Positions 1 through 10,789 of a stretch of DNA of 64,000 nt are shown piece by piece (the first letter of the stretch is position 1; each line of letters opens with the position of its first letter). The notes beneath the pieces are model-generated. The model was given only the letters and a program-made list of their open reading frames with translations. It did not search any database and was not told where the DNA came from. This DNA comes from an uncultured candidate division Zixibacteria bacterium (GTDB taxonomy: Bacteria > Zixibacteria > MSB-5A5 > UBA10806 > 4484-95): the NCBI GenBank assembly GCA_963668625.2, contig CAXXKA010000006.1:512001-576000 (forward strand), read 5' to 3'. The translations under genes were made by a program, and so were the position numbers.

Positions 1-1845
1 TTCGCCGCCGAGGACACTGCAGTAGAACAAAGCTCGCTTAACCTGGCGGCCAAAGCCGACTACAAAACCGTCGAAGACCCGAAGGAATTCGAGAGAATTT
101 TGAATGAGGCGAAGAAGCTCGGCGAGATCGCGATTGATACCGAGACCACCTCGACCGTGGCGCTGGAGGCCAAACTGGTTGGTGTATCGCTGGCCTTGAA
201 AGAGAACGAGGCGTTTTACGTTCCCTTGAATCACGAGGGCGGCGAAAATAACTTGCCGTTCGAGAAATCGATTGAGCTGTTGCGAGACTTTTTCGAATCT
301 GGAACGAAATTGATCGGCCATAACTTGAAATACGATCGGCAGGTGTTCGCCAATCACGATCTTGTCATGGCGGATATCACTTTCGATACGATGATCGCCT
401 CGTACTTGATTAATCCCGGCAGGAGATCGCATAAGCTCGATGATTTAGCCGATGAGTATCTCGGTTATCGCATGCAGCCGATCACCGAGCTTATAGGCAG
501 CGGCAAAAAGCAGATCACATTCGATAAGGTTCCGGTGGGCTCAGCCTCGTTTTACGCCGCCGAGGACGCCGATTACACGCTGAAGCTTAAAAACGTATTA
601 GAGCCGCTCTTGAAAGAAAATAAGCTCGAATCGCTTTTCTACGATATGGAGATGCCTCTTCTGACCGTATTGGGCGATATGGAGGCCAACGGCGTATCTA
701 TCGATCTGAAATTCCTGAAAAATCTATCGGAGGATTTCGGCGAGAAACTGATCGGTGTGGAAAGCAAGATATACAAGGAAGCCGGCCGCGAGTTCAATAT
801 TAACTCGCCGTTGCAGCTCAGGGGCATATTGTTCGATGAGCTGCAGTTGCCATCATCCAAGAAAACCGCCAAGGGTGGTGAGAAGTCCACCGATATCGGC
901 GTGCTCGAGAAACTGGCCTTAATTCATCCGTTACCCAAATTGATACTCGAATACCGGCAATTGAACAAACTCAAATCAACCTATATAGATGCTATACCCA
1001 GCCTGGTAAATAAACATACCGGCCGGGTTCACACCAGTTTTAACCAGACCGTAGCCGCCACCGGCCGGTTATCCTCAACCGACCCGAACCTTCAAAATAT
1101 TCCTATCCGCACGGCCCAGGGACGAGAGATTCGCAAGGCGTTTACGGCCCGTGAGGGATTCAATATATTATCCGCCGACTACTCCCAGATAGAACTTCGC
1201 TTGATGGCCCATTATGCGGGCGACGAGGCGCTCATCGATTCATTCAATAAAGGCGAGGATATTCACAGCCGAACGGCAGCCGAAGTGTTCGGTGTCGATT
1301 TGAAGGATGTCACCTCCGACCAGAGGCGCGCCGCTAAAACCGCTAATTTCGCTATAATCTACGGTGTCTCGGCGTATGGCCTTTCGATGCAGTCGGAACT
1401 GAGCGTGGGTGAGGCCAAAGATTATATCGAGGCATATTTCGATCGTTACCCCGGCGTGAAAAAGTACATGGATGATATGAAAGAATATGCCAGGGGAAAA
1501 GGCTACGTGGAGACCCTGCTGGGTCGTCGGCGTTACCTGCCGGATATTAAAGCGAAATCCCGTCAGGCACGCGAGTTTGCCGAGCGTACCGCGATTAACA
1601 CCCCCATACAGGGCACGGCCGCCGATCTGATCAAGCTGGCTATGATAAAAATAGCGGATAAGCTTAAAGGCAAAAAATCCTGGATGATTTTACAGGTGCA
1701 TGATGAACTGGTGTTCGAGCAACATATTAAGGAGAAAATTTTCCTGAAAGAGATGGTAGCCGAGCAAATGGAGGGCGCACTCGAATTGAAAGTGCCGATT
1801 AAGGTTGATATGGGCGAGGGCGAAAATTGGCTGGAGGCTCATTGA
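1..1845 (+). CDS. polA: DNA polymerase I (5'-truncated by window edge; 3'-5' exonuclease + polymerase domains)
   Basis: Frame is open from base 1. Motifs: DTET (Exo I), HNLKYD, YAAED, TGRLSSTDPNLQNIP, DYSQIELR (motif A), RRAAKTANFAIIYG (motif B), QVHDEL (motif C). Confidence 0.98.
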   Translation, partial: FAAEDTAVEQSSLNLAAKADYKTVEDPKEFERILNEAKKLGEIAIDTETTSTVALEAKLVGVSLALKENEAFYVPLNHEGGENNLPFEKSIELLRDFFESGTKLIGHNLKYDRQVFANHDLVMADITFDTMIASYLINPGRRSHKLDDLADEYLGYRMQPITELIGSGKKQITFDKVPVGSASFYAAEDADYTLKLKNVLEPLLKENKLESLFYDMEMPLLTVLGDMEANGVSIDLKFLKNLSEDFGEKLIGVESKIYKEAGREFNINSPLQLRGILFDELQLPSSKKTAKGGEKSTDIGVLEKLALIHPLPKLILEYRQLNKLKSTYIDAIPSLVNKHTGRVHTSFNQTVAATGRLSSTDPNLQNIPIRTAQGREIRKAFTAREGFNILSADYSQIELRLMAHYAGDEALIDSFNKGEDIHSRTAAEVFGVDLKDVTSDQRRAAKTANFAIIYGVSAYGLSMQSELSVGEAKDYIEAYFDRYPGVKKYMDDMKEYARGKGYVETLLGRRRYLPDIKAKSRQAREFAERTAINTPIQGTAADLIKLAMIKIADKLKGKKSWMILQVHDELVFEQHIKEKIFLKEMVAEQMEGALELKVPIKVDMGEGENWLEAH

Positions 1846-2477
1846 TTCGGTTTACTAAAAACAACCCACTTACAATCGGTTTGACAGGCGGTCCGGGTGT
1901 AGGCAAATCGGAGGTGGCTGCTGAGCTCGAAAATATGGGGGTATATGTAATCAACGCCGATAAAATCGGCCATGAGTTGATTGAAAGTAACGGGACGGTT
2001 CGGCGTAAACTGATCAAACTTCTCGGAGGCGATATTGTCGGCCGAGATGGCTCGCTGCAACGTAAAATTATCGGCGGGATCGTGTTCAGCGATCGGCATA
2101 TGATGTCCGAGTTTAATGCGATTATTCATCCGGCGCTGCTTAAAGAGTTGAAAACAAGGTTAAAACAGGCAGCCCTGTCAGGAAGGTATAATGTAGTTGT
2201 CGTGGACGCCGCCCTTATTTTCGAATGGGGGATAGCCGACTGGTTCGAGATGATTCTGGTAGTAGATGCCCTTCGAGATTTAAGGTTATCCCGAATATCG
2301 AAAAACGGCGTCAGCAAGAGCCAGGCCGCCAGGCGGATTGGTTCGCAAATACCGCAAAGGGAGAAGATCGCCCTGGCCGATTATGTGATAGCAAATAATG
2401 CCACGAAAAGCGTATTGAGGAAAAAAGCAAAGTCTTTTTATGCCGAGTTGATAAAGTTATCTTTAATAAAAAAATGA
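1842..2477 (+). CDS. coaE: Dephospho-CoA kinase
   Basis: IGLTGGPGVGKS P-loop, DA(A)LIFE and ADYVI(A)NN motifs. Follows polA; probable TTG start overlaps the polA stop, with GGAGG upstream. Confidence 0.92.
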   Translation: MIRFTKNNPLTIGLTGGPGVGKSEVAAELENMGVYVINADKIGHELIESNGTVRRKLIKLLGGDIVGRDGSLQRKIIGGIVFSDRHMMSEFNAIIHPALLKELKTRLKQAALSGRYNVVVVDAALIFEWGIADWFEMILVVDALRDLRLSRISKNGVSKSQAARRIGSQIPQREKIALADYVIANNATKSVLRKKAKSFYAELIKLSLIKK

Positions 2478-2508
2478 GCACTATTTTACTTGATTTCGGA
2501 GCACACTC

Positions 2509-2871
2509 ATGATACATTCCAACATGCAATTAACGAAACTTTTCACATACAAATTCTGGATGGGATTCAACGGCTTCGTTCTCCTATTTTTATCGGTTAA
2601 CATTGCCACCATCGGGGTAGAGATCGATTCGGGTTTGCCTTTCCTTTTGGCGCTTGGTTATCTCGTTTACTTGTTCGTATATCTTTCCAAAAACGCTTAT
2701 TGGAAGATGGTTACTTTGCTGGGGATTGCCGTTGTCGGTGTTCTGGTATATCTGATTGGAATTATTTCCGGGATTACCGCCTCGGATATGGCGCCTCTGG
2801 CATGGACTCATATCGTTCTTTCGTTATTATTACTGGGCGGGGCTATAGCTCACTGGAAATCTGACAAATAG
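2509..2871 (+). CDS. Small integral membrane protein (about 4 TM), unknown function
   Basis: 120-aa ORF with four hydrophobic stretches and GGAG upstream. Confidence 0.65.
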   Translation: MIHSNMQLTKLFTYKFWMGFNGFVLLFLSVNIATIGVEIDSGLPFLLALGYLVYLFVYLSKNAYWKMVTLLGIAVVGVLVYLIGIISGITASDMAPLAWTHIVLSLLLLGGAIAHWKSDK

Positions 2872-3031
2872 TTTTCCCCGAGTAATTTATTTGACAATAA
2901 AAAATTGCGATTTATATCATCTATAGTAATTTTGATGGTATAACTGTTTTTGAATAAATTCTCTGTTTTTTAGGGGGATAAAACTGCGCGTACACGAGAC
3001 TTATTTAATATAAACGAAAAGTGAGGGATAA

Positions 3032-4195
3032 ATGCGACTTGCTGAAAGGCTCGATCACTTGGGCACGGAGACGGCTTTCATCGTATTCTCGAAAGCTCTG
3101 GAGCTCGAAAGACAAGGCAAGGATATAGTTCACCTGGAGATTGGAGAGCCTGATTTCGATACTCCCCGCAATATTATCGATTCTGCCATAGATGCGTTAA
3201 ATAATCACTGGACACATTATTGTCCATCAGCCGGTGTATACGAGTTACGAGAGGCGGTTGCCGAGGATTTCAGCAAACGCCGTAATGTGAATGTCAAGCC
3301 GGAAAACGTTGTCATCGCGCCCGGTGGCAAGCCGGTGATTATTTTTACCTTGCTCGCCCTGATCAATCCCGGCGAGGAGGTCATTTACCCCAATCCCGGA
3401 TATCCCATCTATGAATCAGTTATTGATTTCATAGGAGCAAAGGCTGTTCCTATCAAAATGAGGGAGGAGCGTGATTTTCGCCTGGATGTCGATGAGTTGA
3501 AATCACTGGTGACGCCGAAGACGAAAATGATTGTTATCAACTCTCCTCATAATCCTACCGGCTCTGTGCTTACCGAAGATGATTTGAAAGCAATCGCTGA
3601 GATAGCCGTCGAAAACGATTTGTACGTACTTTCCGATGAAATCTACAGTCGTATTATATATAACGGAGAGCATACTTCGATAACCCAATTCCCGGGGATG
3701 CTGGAGCGGACTATTGTTCTGGACGGCTTTTCCAAAACCTATGCTATGACCGGCTGGCGAGCGGGATATGGTATCATGCCGGAGGAGTTGACCTCGCATG
3801 TTTCCAAGCTCGAGACGAATATCAATTCCTGTACATCGACTTTCACGCAGGTTGCCTGCATCGAGGCGATCAAAGGCGATCAGAGCGCGGTTGATATGAT
3901 GGTATCTCAATTCAAGAAGAGGCGTGATTTCTTCCATGAGGGATTGAATGACATAAAAGGATTCAACTGCCACAAGCCGCACGGAGCATTTTATCTTTTC
4001 CCGAACATCCGGGAGTATGGCATTAAGTCATCCGAGATGGAGGACAAGTTGATGCATGATGGTGGTATAGCGGCGCTTACCGGCACTTCATTCGGAGAAT
4101 ATGGCGAGGGGTATGTGCGTTTTTCGTATGCTACCTCATTGGAAAACATAGAAAAGGCTCTTTCAAAGCTGGCTGACTTTGTTAAGAAATTTTGA
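3032..4195 (+). CDS. PLP-dependent class I/II aminotransferase (aspartate aminotransferase-like)
   Basis: GEPDF, NSPHNPTG, SDEIY and GFSKTYAMTGWRAG (PLP lysine) motifs. Confidence 0.95.
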   Translation: MRLAERLDHLGTETAFIVFSKALELERQGKDIVHLEIGEPDFDTPRNIIDSAIDALNNHWTHYCPSAGVYELREAVAEDFSKRRNVNVKPENVVIAPGGKPVIIFTLLALINPGEEVIYPNPGYPIYESVIDFIGAKAVPIKMREERDFRLDVDELKSLVTPKTKMIVINSPHNPTGSVLTEDDLKAIAEIAVENDLYVLSDEIYSRIIYNGEHTSITQFPGMLERTIVLDGFSKTYAMTGWRAGYGIMPEELTSHVSKLETNINSCTSTFTQVACIEAIKGDQSAVDMMVSQFKKRRDFFHEGLNDIKGFNCHKPHGAFYLFPNIREYGIKSSEMEDKLMHDGGIAALTGTSFGEYGEGYVRFSYATSLENIEKALSKLADFVKKF

Positions 4196-4495
4196 TATTA
4201 ATCGCCTAACCAGCTGTTATATCAATAGCTTACATTCATTTGTATGGCAATTGATTCTATCCTTTTTACGATTTAGGGGAATAAATACTGTAATATTTAA
4301 TATTTAATGTAGTGTTAAGAATTAAATGGTTATTCCGAAAAGTTTATTAGGTAACAGATATCTAACTGGTTTTTGCGTAAAATGTTAAATAAAAAATTGT
4401 ACTTTTTTCCCTTGACAGGGATCAGTCATCACTCATATATCCGAATAATGAAATGGGAATATATTACTTATGAAATTGTATCAGATAGTGTGGGT

Positions 4496-4516
4496 AATTG
4501 TGATAACATCACTATT
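4496..4516. promoter_or_regulatory. Imperfect palindrome (candidate operator) upstream of the TonB receptor locus
   Basis: AATTGTGAT-AAC-ATCACTATT (8/9 inverted repeat) in an AT-rich intergenic region, downstream of a TTGACA at about 4412. Confidence 0.4.
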
Positions 4517-4623
4517 AATTAAAAGCGTTAAAAGGAGGTATATATAGTTTAAACGCTAGAAGTTTGTTTGATTAGGAAAATCAATTCATTAAACAGTTAA
4601 CTCTAATCAAGGAGGGAGAAGAC

Positions 4624-7600
4624 TTGTTGGTGAAACTATTGGCAAGGCTTTCGGTCGTGTTAGTGGTAGTATTACTTGCTGCAGCAGCATTTGCCGGTAC
4701 TACCGGTAAAATTGCGGGTACTATTACCGATAAACAGACCGGCGAGCCACTTCCCGGTGTAAACGTACTGATATCCGGGACTAACATAGGAGCCGCCACC
4801 AACATCAAGGGCGAATTCTTTATAATCAACGTTCCTCCAGGTGAGTATCTTCTTAAAGTGAACCTTATTGGTTATCGTCCCTTAGAGGTGACCAATGTTC
4901 TGGTGACTTTGGATCTTACTACTAATCTGGATCTCGAACTCGAAACCGAGACTATCGACATGGGTACAATCACTGTCGAAGCGGAACGCCCGATGATTGA
5001 GAAGGACGTGACACATACTCGTTTACGTCTATCGCCAGATGAAATTACCAATTCGGCGGTTAGTGGTCTGATTAATCGTGTTGCGATTAATGCAGGCAAT
5101 GTTTTAGGTTCATTTCGTGGTAGTCGTGATGGCACCGGTGAAGTCGTATATCTTCTCGACGGTGTAAACATGGCTAACCCGCTGGGCGCTTATTCCGGTG
5201 TTGGTCCGGGATCGGGTCCAGATGACGCTTTGGCCGCTTATGTACCCGATGAGGGTATTGCCGAGGCTGAGGTGTTAACAGGTGGGTTCGGCGCCGAGTA
5301 TCCGAGCGTGCAGTCGGCGGTGGTTAATGTCGTTACCAAAGAGGGTTCCAAAACCTTCACCGGTAAGGTCAAGTCACAATCATCGTTGGATGCTATTCTC
5401 GGCTGGGATTATTTCGGTGATCGTACTTACAACAGTCAGGGCGACGCTGTTCGCCTGATGGAAGTTAAGGACTCGACCGGAGCTATAACCGGTTACGAGT
5501 GGACCGATGATCCGGTGCTCGATGATCACAGACGTTACAAAGTCAGAGATCAACGCAGACACGACTGGTCGTTAAGCGGTCCTCTTCCGCTCGCCAGCCT
5601 GGACATTCCCGGCGAGATGAGTTTCTCGACATCCGGTATGTACGAGTTCATTCGCGACTACCGTGATCCTTCATACTGGCGGGAATCGCAATCGTTCCAG
5701 GGAAAACTCAGCTATCAAGTTAGCTCGAGCAAGAAATTGACGATTTCCGGTTTGTCGTCGACCTCAGATCAGCTTCCCTACGATTTCAGTAGGGCGCCGA
5801 TTCTTACCTGGGGTCAGACATACAATTTCAGCGGCCCCGTTTACTGGGCCGGTTCGACCGACCAGTATTACAGGCCCGATACCATACCCGAAGGTTTGGA
5901 GCAGTATTATGTCATGACCAATGACGGGTTGGATTCCGTTTATTCTTATACGCCTTATGGATGGATCGTATCCCAGGGTTATACCTTTGTGGATGCCGAT
6001 ACTACATTCTTTAACCTGTTAAACGGTGAACTCGGATTAGCCGAGGGTGATGACGGTTATTGGGATGATTTCCCCGATGGCGAATTCGATGACAGCGATA
6101 CTCTTCTGATGGCCGCCGTTCAATCGGCTACCGATAGCCTCGAGGCTCTTGGTATAGCTCGTACTTATTCGAATTACGAGATGGCCAGTACCAGGTTTAA
6201 AACCGAGGGTAAGTCGAGCAAGATTGCTCTTAACTTTACGAATAATTTGAGTCCCAGAAGTTTCTATACTCTTATTTTTTCGCGTTTCAATACCGAGGAA
6301 TCACATCGCCAGTACGATCCCTGGGATGGTCACCCGTTAAGCTACGATGAGATGCAGGAAGCTCGTTTCCTGAGTATGGGGACCACTCAGTATCAGGAAT
6401 TCTTCGTTAACCCGATGTACCTTGGCCGCCGCCGTACCGGTGATGACAAACAAACTGTCTACACCTTCAAGGGCGACTTTACCAGCCAGGTCAATTCGAT
6501 GAACTTGATGAAGATGGGATTCGAGTATAAGAACTTCGATCTGTTTAAAGATCATACCTCGATTGCTTCCGGGGGTAACGACTATAACGATCAGTTTGCC
6601 GTTAAGCCGTTCCAGGTTGGCGCTTATGTGCAGAACAAGCTGGAAACCGAAGGCATGATTTTGAATGTTGGTTTGCGTTACGATTTCTTCGACCCGAAGA
6701 CTTTCGTACCTGCCAATCCTAACGATCCGCTTCTTCAGGATTATCTTAAAGATCCGCAGGATGTATCGACATTGTTCGATCTTCCCAAACGTCTTAAAGG
6801 CGCTGTTGATGCGAAGACCAAACAGCAGATTTCTCCTCGTATCGGTGTCAGCTATCCTATCAGCGAGAGAGACGTATTGCATATAACTTATGGCCATTAC
6901 TTCCAGCTTCCCAAGATGTACTACATGTACCAGAACCAGGGATACGATTTAAGAGGCGCGCATAAGTATATGGGCAATCCGGATCTTAAAGAAGAGAAGA
7001 CCATTGCTTATGAGGCCGGTTTAGAACACGGTTTCTCCGACTATCTCAAGTTGGCGGTAACCGGTTTCTATAAGGATATCTCGAATCTTATCACTTACCA
7101 GAAGGTTTACTACGGTAATGCTTTCTATTGGCTGTATACCAACTCGGATTACGCCAGGGTGAAAGGTTTCGAGTTAACCATGTCTCAACGCAGATGGCGT
7201 GGTTTTTCCGGTAGGGTAACTTATACTTACCAGATCGCTACCGGTAGGGCCTCCGATGGTTATCAGACATTCCAGGATGACTATGACAATCGTAAGCCTA
7301 GAACCGAAGATTTCCCGCTCGAGTGGGATCAACGTCATACCGCCAGGATTAATGTCAATTATCGCGTGCCGTTCGATTGGGGTCCGACGATAGGTGATTA
7401 TAATTTCCTTGGTGATTGGGCCGTTGACTTCTTATGGCAATACGGATCGGGTGTTCCTTATACCAGCTCGGAAAGCGTTCCGCAGCCGGAGATTCCTCCG
7501 ATCAACAACAAGAACTTCCCGGAATCATGGACGATGGATTTACGATTCGATAAAGCCTTCAAGCTGTACAAAACTTACAGGGCTAATTTCTTCGTAATCG

Positions 7601-7758
7601 TAGATAATCTTACCAACCGTGCAAACATAGTGGATGAATACACAGAGTTCGATGCCGAACGTTATGGCTTAACCGGCGATCCGGGCGGACAGTTTAACGA
7701 TCCGGATACTTATGATGCTCCGCGTAAAATCATGCTTGGAATGGAGTTCATGTTCTAG
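4624..7758 (+). CDS. TonB-dependent outer membrane receptor with N-terminal carboxypeptidase-regulatory-like domain
   Basis: Signal peptide; GKIAGTITD..TGEPLPGVNV domain; plug motifs LLDGV and GGFGAEY..VVNVVTKEG; SPRIGVSYP, GNPDLKEEK; C-terminal beta-signal ending in F. Confidence 0.93.
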   Translation: MLVKLLARLSVVLVVVLLAAAAFAGTTGKIAGTITDKQTGEPLPGVNVLISGTNIGAATNIKGEFFIINVPPGEYLLKVNLIGYRPLEVTNVLVTLDLTTNLDLELETETIDMGTITVEAERPMIEKDVTHTRLRLSPDEITNSAVSGLINRVAINAGNVLGSFRGSRDGTGEVVYLLDGVNMANPLGAYSGVGPGSGPDDALAAYVPDEGIAEAEVLTGGFGAEYPSVQSAVVNVVTKEGSKTFTGKVKSQSSLDAILGWDYFGDRTYNSQGDAVRLMEVKDSTGAITGYEWTDDPVLDDHRRYKVRDQRRHDWSLSGPLPLASLDIPGEMSFSTSGMYEFIRDYRDPSYWRESQSFQGKLSYQVSSSKKLTISGLSSTSDQLPYDFSRAPILTWGQTYNFSGPVYWAGSTDQYYRPDTIPEGLEQYYVMTNDGLDSVYSYTPYGWIVSQGYTFVDADTTFFNLLNGELGLAEGDDGYWDDFPDGEFDDSDTLLMAAVQSATDSLEALGIARTYSNYEMASTRFKTEGKSSKIALNFTNNLSPRSFYTLIFSRFNTEESHRQYDPWDGHPLSYDEMQEARFLSMGTTQYQEFFVNPMYLGRRRTGDDKQTVYTFKGDFTSQVNSMNLMKMGFEYKNFDLFKDHTSIASGGNDYNDQFAVKPFQVGAYVQNKLETEGMILNVGLRYDFFDPKTFVPANPNDPLLQDYLKDPQDVSTLFDLPKRLKGAVDAKTKQQISPRIGVSYPISERDVLHITYGHYFQLPKMYYMYQNQGYDLRGAHKYMGNPDLKEEKTIAYEAGLEHGFSDYLKLAVTGFYKDISNLITYQKVYYGNAFYWLYTNSDYARVKGFELTMSQRRWRGFSGRVTYTYQIATGRASDGYQTFQDDYDNRKPRTEDFPLEWDQRHTARINVNYRVPFDWGPTIGDYNFLGDWAVDFLWQYGSGVPYTSSESVPQPEIPPINNKNFPESWTMDLRFDKAFKLYKTYRANFFVIVDNLTNRANIVDEYTEFDAERYGLTGDPGGQFNDPDTYDAPRKIMLGMEFMF

Positions 7759-7823
7759 CACCTGACACCGGTCTAGTTGCTTGTTGAATTGTTTAAGAAG
7801 AAATTATGGAGGATTACCTTAAG

Positions 7824-9668
7824 ATGAGAAGATTTAACCCGGGAAATAAAGCCGGTCTTCTGTTTATCCTGGCACTGTTTGCTATCTGCCTGATAGGGGC
7901 GGAAGCAATGGCCATGGATAAAGAAGTGGCTGAAAACCCGCTTCGTGATCATCAGGGCCTGGGAAAGACGGCGGCGATCGATGAAGTAGTTTGTGAGATT
8001 GGAAATGTTTCTAATCTTATCACGAACAGTACTTCGGAGAAAGCCACCGGTACGAATGACTGGACTATCATCGTAGGTGATGATTCGGCCGAGTTGCCAT
8101 CAATGATATGGAAAACTCCGAGCCAGTATGCGAGTAATAACCATTACTTGTATTTTGCCAGTATGCGTGTCGCTTACAACGGACACAACATTCGTCTTTC
8201 GAATGATCAGGCCACTAATATCACGGTATTAGAAGGCGGGACTGATCCTAATTCTATTAGTTTATTCGATACCGAATTCTATATTGACGACCAGTCGGCG
8301 TTGGTGCCTGCTCAGTATAAAGTAGGCGTCGGCGTTCGTCAAAAAACATACGCCTGGTCGGAATCCTATCGTGATGATTTCATCATCTACGATTGGTGGA
8401 TTTACAACCTGAACGAAACCGGAATACTGGAAGATGTCTATATCGGTGTGCACGCGGATGCCGATATCTCGACTGCTGAAGGTGGTACCGGTACTCAGGC
8501 GTGGTCGCGCGATGATTTACCGGGATATTACCGGGATGATGTCAACAAAGAGTATATCTCGTATATGTTCGATGGCGACAACCCGACCGTACCCGGTAAC
8601 GATATCGGCGGTAGACTTTCACCTAAGGAAAGCGCCGGCTATATCGGTAGCCGTTTGATCTATGCTTCGGCTAATGCCGATGGTGTCGAGACGGTCCAAA
8701 CAGGCCATGCCTGGTGGGATTGGAACTCCGATCCCTCGGACGATGATGCTCAGGCGGAGTGGGCGGCACTGATTAGCGACGGTATCTGGATGGACCCGCC
8801 GCCGTCACCGCACGATTTCCGTTATTTGCAGAAATTCGGACCCTTCGACATTGAGTATGGTGATTCTATCAGAATCATGGTTGCTTTTGGTATTGGCGAG
8901 GGTTTCGATGGTTTAAAAGCCAATCTTGCCTGGGGCGACAGTTTGTTCAATAACAACTGGATCGGCCCCTCGGCCCCTACAGCTCCCAGTTTTTCGGTGG
9001 AGCCGGGCAACCAGGAAGTTACAATCACCTGGGATAATTTAGCAGAGTCCTCTCTTGACCCTGCTACGGGTGATGCCGACTTCGAAGGTTATCGTCTTTA
9101 CAGAGAGACCGCAACCGGATGGGCTCTCCTGATGGAATGCGATATTGTGGACGATCAGGGTTTCAATACCGGCCTGGTTCACTCTTATGTCGACTATGAT
9201 GTGCAGAACTATTTCCAATACACTTATGTTGTGACTTCATACGACAAGGGTGATCCCGCGAACGGTATCGAATCACTGGAGTCCGGACGTGGAAGTGGAG
9301 TTTCCGCAGAACCGGGAACTTTTGATTTAACTGCAAACGCTGAGGAGACAGAAATTCATGTGGTTCCGAACCCATTCGTGGCTCAGTCCGCTCCGAATTT
9401 CGGTTTCTCTCCTACCCAGGATAATCCGTCAACCGAAAGAATCGTCTTCGTTAATTTGCCGGATCAGTCTACGATCAGGATATATACCTTAACTGGCGAT
9501 CTCATTACCACGATTCGTAATGAGGGAAGCGACGATATTTACGCTAAAACGGCCAGTTGGGATCTTATCACTGATAATATGCAGACAATTGTAACCGGAC
9601 TTTATCTCTATGTAGTTGAAGCTCCCGGTGAAGATGATTTCATTGGCAAATTCGCGGTAATCCGCTAG
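7824..9668 (+). CDS. Secreted protein with FN3-like domain and T9SS-type C-terminal sorting domain
   Basis: Signal peptide; PSAPTAP..VTITWD..FEGYRLYR FN3; C-terminal IHVVPNPF..IRIYTLTGD..WDL..GLYLYVV..GKFAVIR. ATG 7824 follows GGAGG; the ORF is open from 7806. Confidence 0.8.
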   Translation: MRRFNPGNKAGLLFILALFAICLIGAEAMAMDKEVAENPLRDHQGLGKTAAIDEVVCEIGNVSNLITNSTSEKATGTNDWTIIVGDDSAELPSMIWKTPSQYASNNHYLYFASMRVAYNGHNIRLSNDQATNITVLEGGTDPNSISLFDTEFYIDDQSALVPAQYKVGVGVRQKTYAWSESYRDDFIIYDWWIYNLNETGILEDVYIGVHADADISTAEGGTGTQAWSRDDLPGYYRDDVNKEYISYMFDGDNPTVPGNDIGGRLSPKESAGYIGSRLIYASANADGVETVQTGHAWWDWNSDPSDDDAQAEWAALISDGIWMDPPPSPHDFRYLQKFGPFDIEYGDSIRIMVAFGIGEGFDGLKANLAWGDSLFNNNWIGPSAPTAPSFSVEPGNQEVTITWDNLAESSLDPATGDADFEGYRLYRETATGWALLMECDIVDDQGFNTGLVHSYVDYDVQNYFQYTYVVTSYDKGDPANGIESLESGRGSGVSAEPGTFDLTANAEETEIHVVPNPFVAQSAPNFGFSPTQDNPSTERIVFVNLPDQSTIRIYTLTGDLITTIRNEGSDDIYAKTASWDLITDNMQTIVTGLYLYVVEAPGEDDFIGKFAVIR

Positions 9669-9694
9669 ACGAGATGATTGGAGGATTTGAGGAT

Positions 9695-10759
9695 ATGAAA
9701 AAAATCAACCTTGTTATGGTAGCAATTGCCTTGGTGCTTCTTATAGTACCGGCTCATAGCCAGAACAACAAGGTCGGAACAGTCGGTTTCAAGTTTTTAG
9801 ATATTGGAGTCGGCGGCCGAGCTCAGGCTATGGGGGAGGCATATGCTGCTTTAGGTACTGATGCCTCGGCGGTGTTTTGGAACCCTGCGGGTGTTGCCAA
9901 TATCCAGGGTGGAGATTTGTTTGCTGGTTTTACGAAATGGCCGGCTGACATCAGTCTTACCTCGGTGGCCTTGGCATATCGCGTATCGTTACCGGCAATA
10001 GGTCCGGGCACCATGGCGCTGTCAGGTACAGTGTTAAATACAGGTTTAATGAACCGTACTTCCGAATATGATCCGGATGGCGATTACTCAGGTACATTTG
10101 CCTACGAGGATTATGCTTTCGGCGTGACATTAGGTAAATACCTAACCGACCGATTCGCTTTTGGCGGAACATTTAAAGTAATCCATGAAAAAATCGCTGA
10201 TTGGGATGAGACCAGTTGGGCTTTCGATGTCGGTACTTATTATGAGACCGGTTTCAAGTCTATTCGTATTGGTATCTCTATCCTGAATTTCGGCCCCGAT
10301 GTAACATTCTCGGTCGATGATGACGGCGATGGTCGTGTGGATGAAGATCCGGTTGATGGTATCAGCCAGGATGATGACAATAATGATGGTGTTATCGATG
10401 GTCTTGATCTGGATGGTGAAGACGTAGAGCAAAAAGCTACTCCTTTACCATTAACTTTCAGGGCCGGTATTGCTATGGATGTTCTCCAGACGGAGTCATC
10501 CAGAGCTACGATTGTCGCCGAATTGGCACATCCTCCGGATAACGAAGAGCGCTATCAACTCGGCGGCGAGTACTGGCTTGCCGAGATGTTGGCTGTTAGG
10601 GCTGGATATAGACTCAATATGGACGAGGGTGGATTTACGGCCGGCGCCGGATTTAAATTCCCCTTCAGTGGTTCGAGCGCCTTCTCGGTGGATTATGCTT
10701 TCACCGATTTAGGCAGACTCTCCTCTACCCATAGAGTCTCAACCAATATTTCGTTTTAA
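9695..10759 (+). CDS. PorV/PorQ-family outer membrane beta-barrel
   Basis: FLDIGVGGRAQAMGEAY..DASAVFWNPAG signature, PLTFRAG, C-terminal HRVSTNISF. Confidence 0.88.
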   Translation: MKKINLVMVAIALVLLIVPAHSQNNKVGTVGFKFLDIGVGGRAQAMGEAYAALGTDASAVFWNPAGVANIQGGDLFAGFTKWPADISLTSVALAYRVSLPAIGPGTMALSGTVLNTGLMNRTSEYDPDGDYSGTFAYEDYAFGVTLGKYLTDRFAFGGTFKVIHEKIADWDETSWAFDVGTYYETGFKSIRIGISILNFGPDVTFSVDDDGDGRVDEDPVDGISQDDDNNDGVIDGLDLDGEDVEQKATPLPLTFRAGIAMDVLQTESSRATIVAELAHPPDNEERYQLGGEYWLAEMLAVRAGYRLNMDEGGFTAGAGFKFPFSGSSAFSVDYAFTDLGRLSSTHRVSTNISF

Positions 10760-10789
10760 TTAACCGCTGAAAGATGATGGAGGAAAGAA

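Noticed and set aside
4524-4558. Perfect AAGGAGGT inside a weak AGCGTT..AACGCT hairpin upstream of the TonB receptor (leader peptide or riboswitch?)
   Set aside because: No ATG/GTG/TTG at proper spacing and no recognisable riboswitch consensus, so I cannot support a call.
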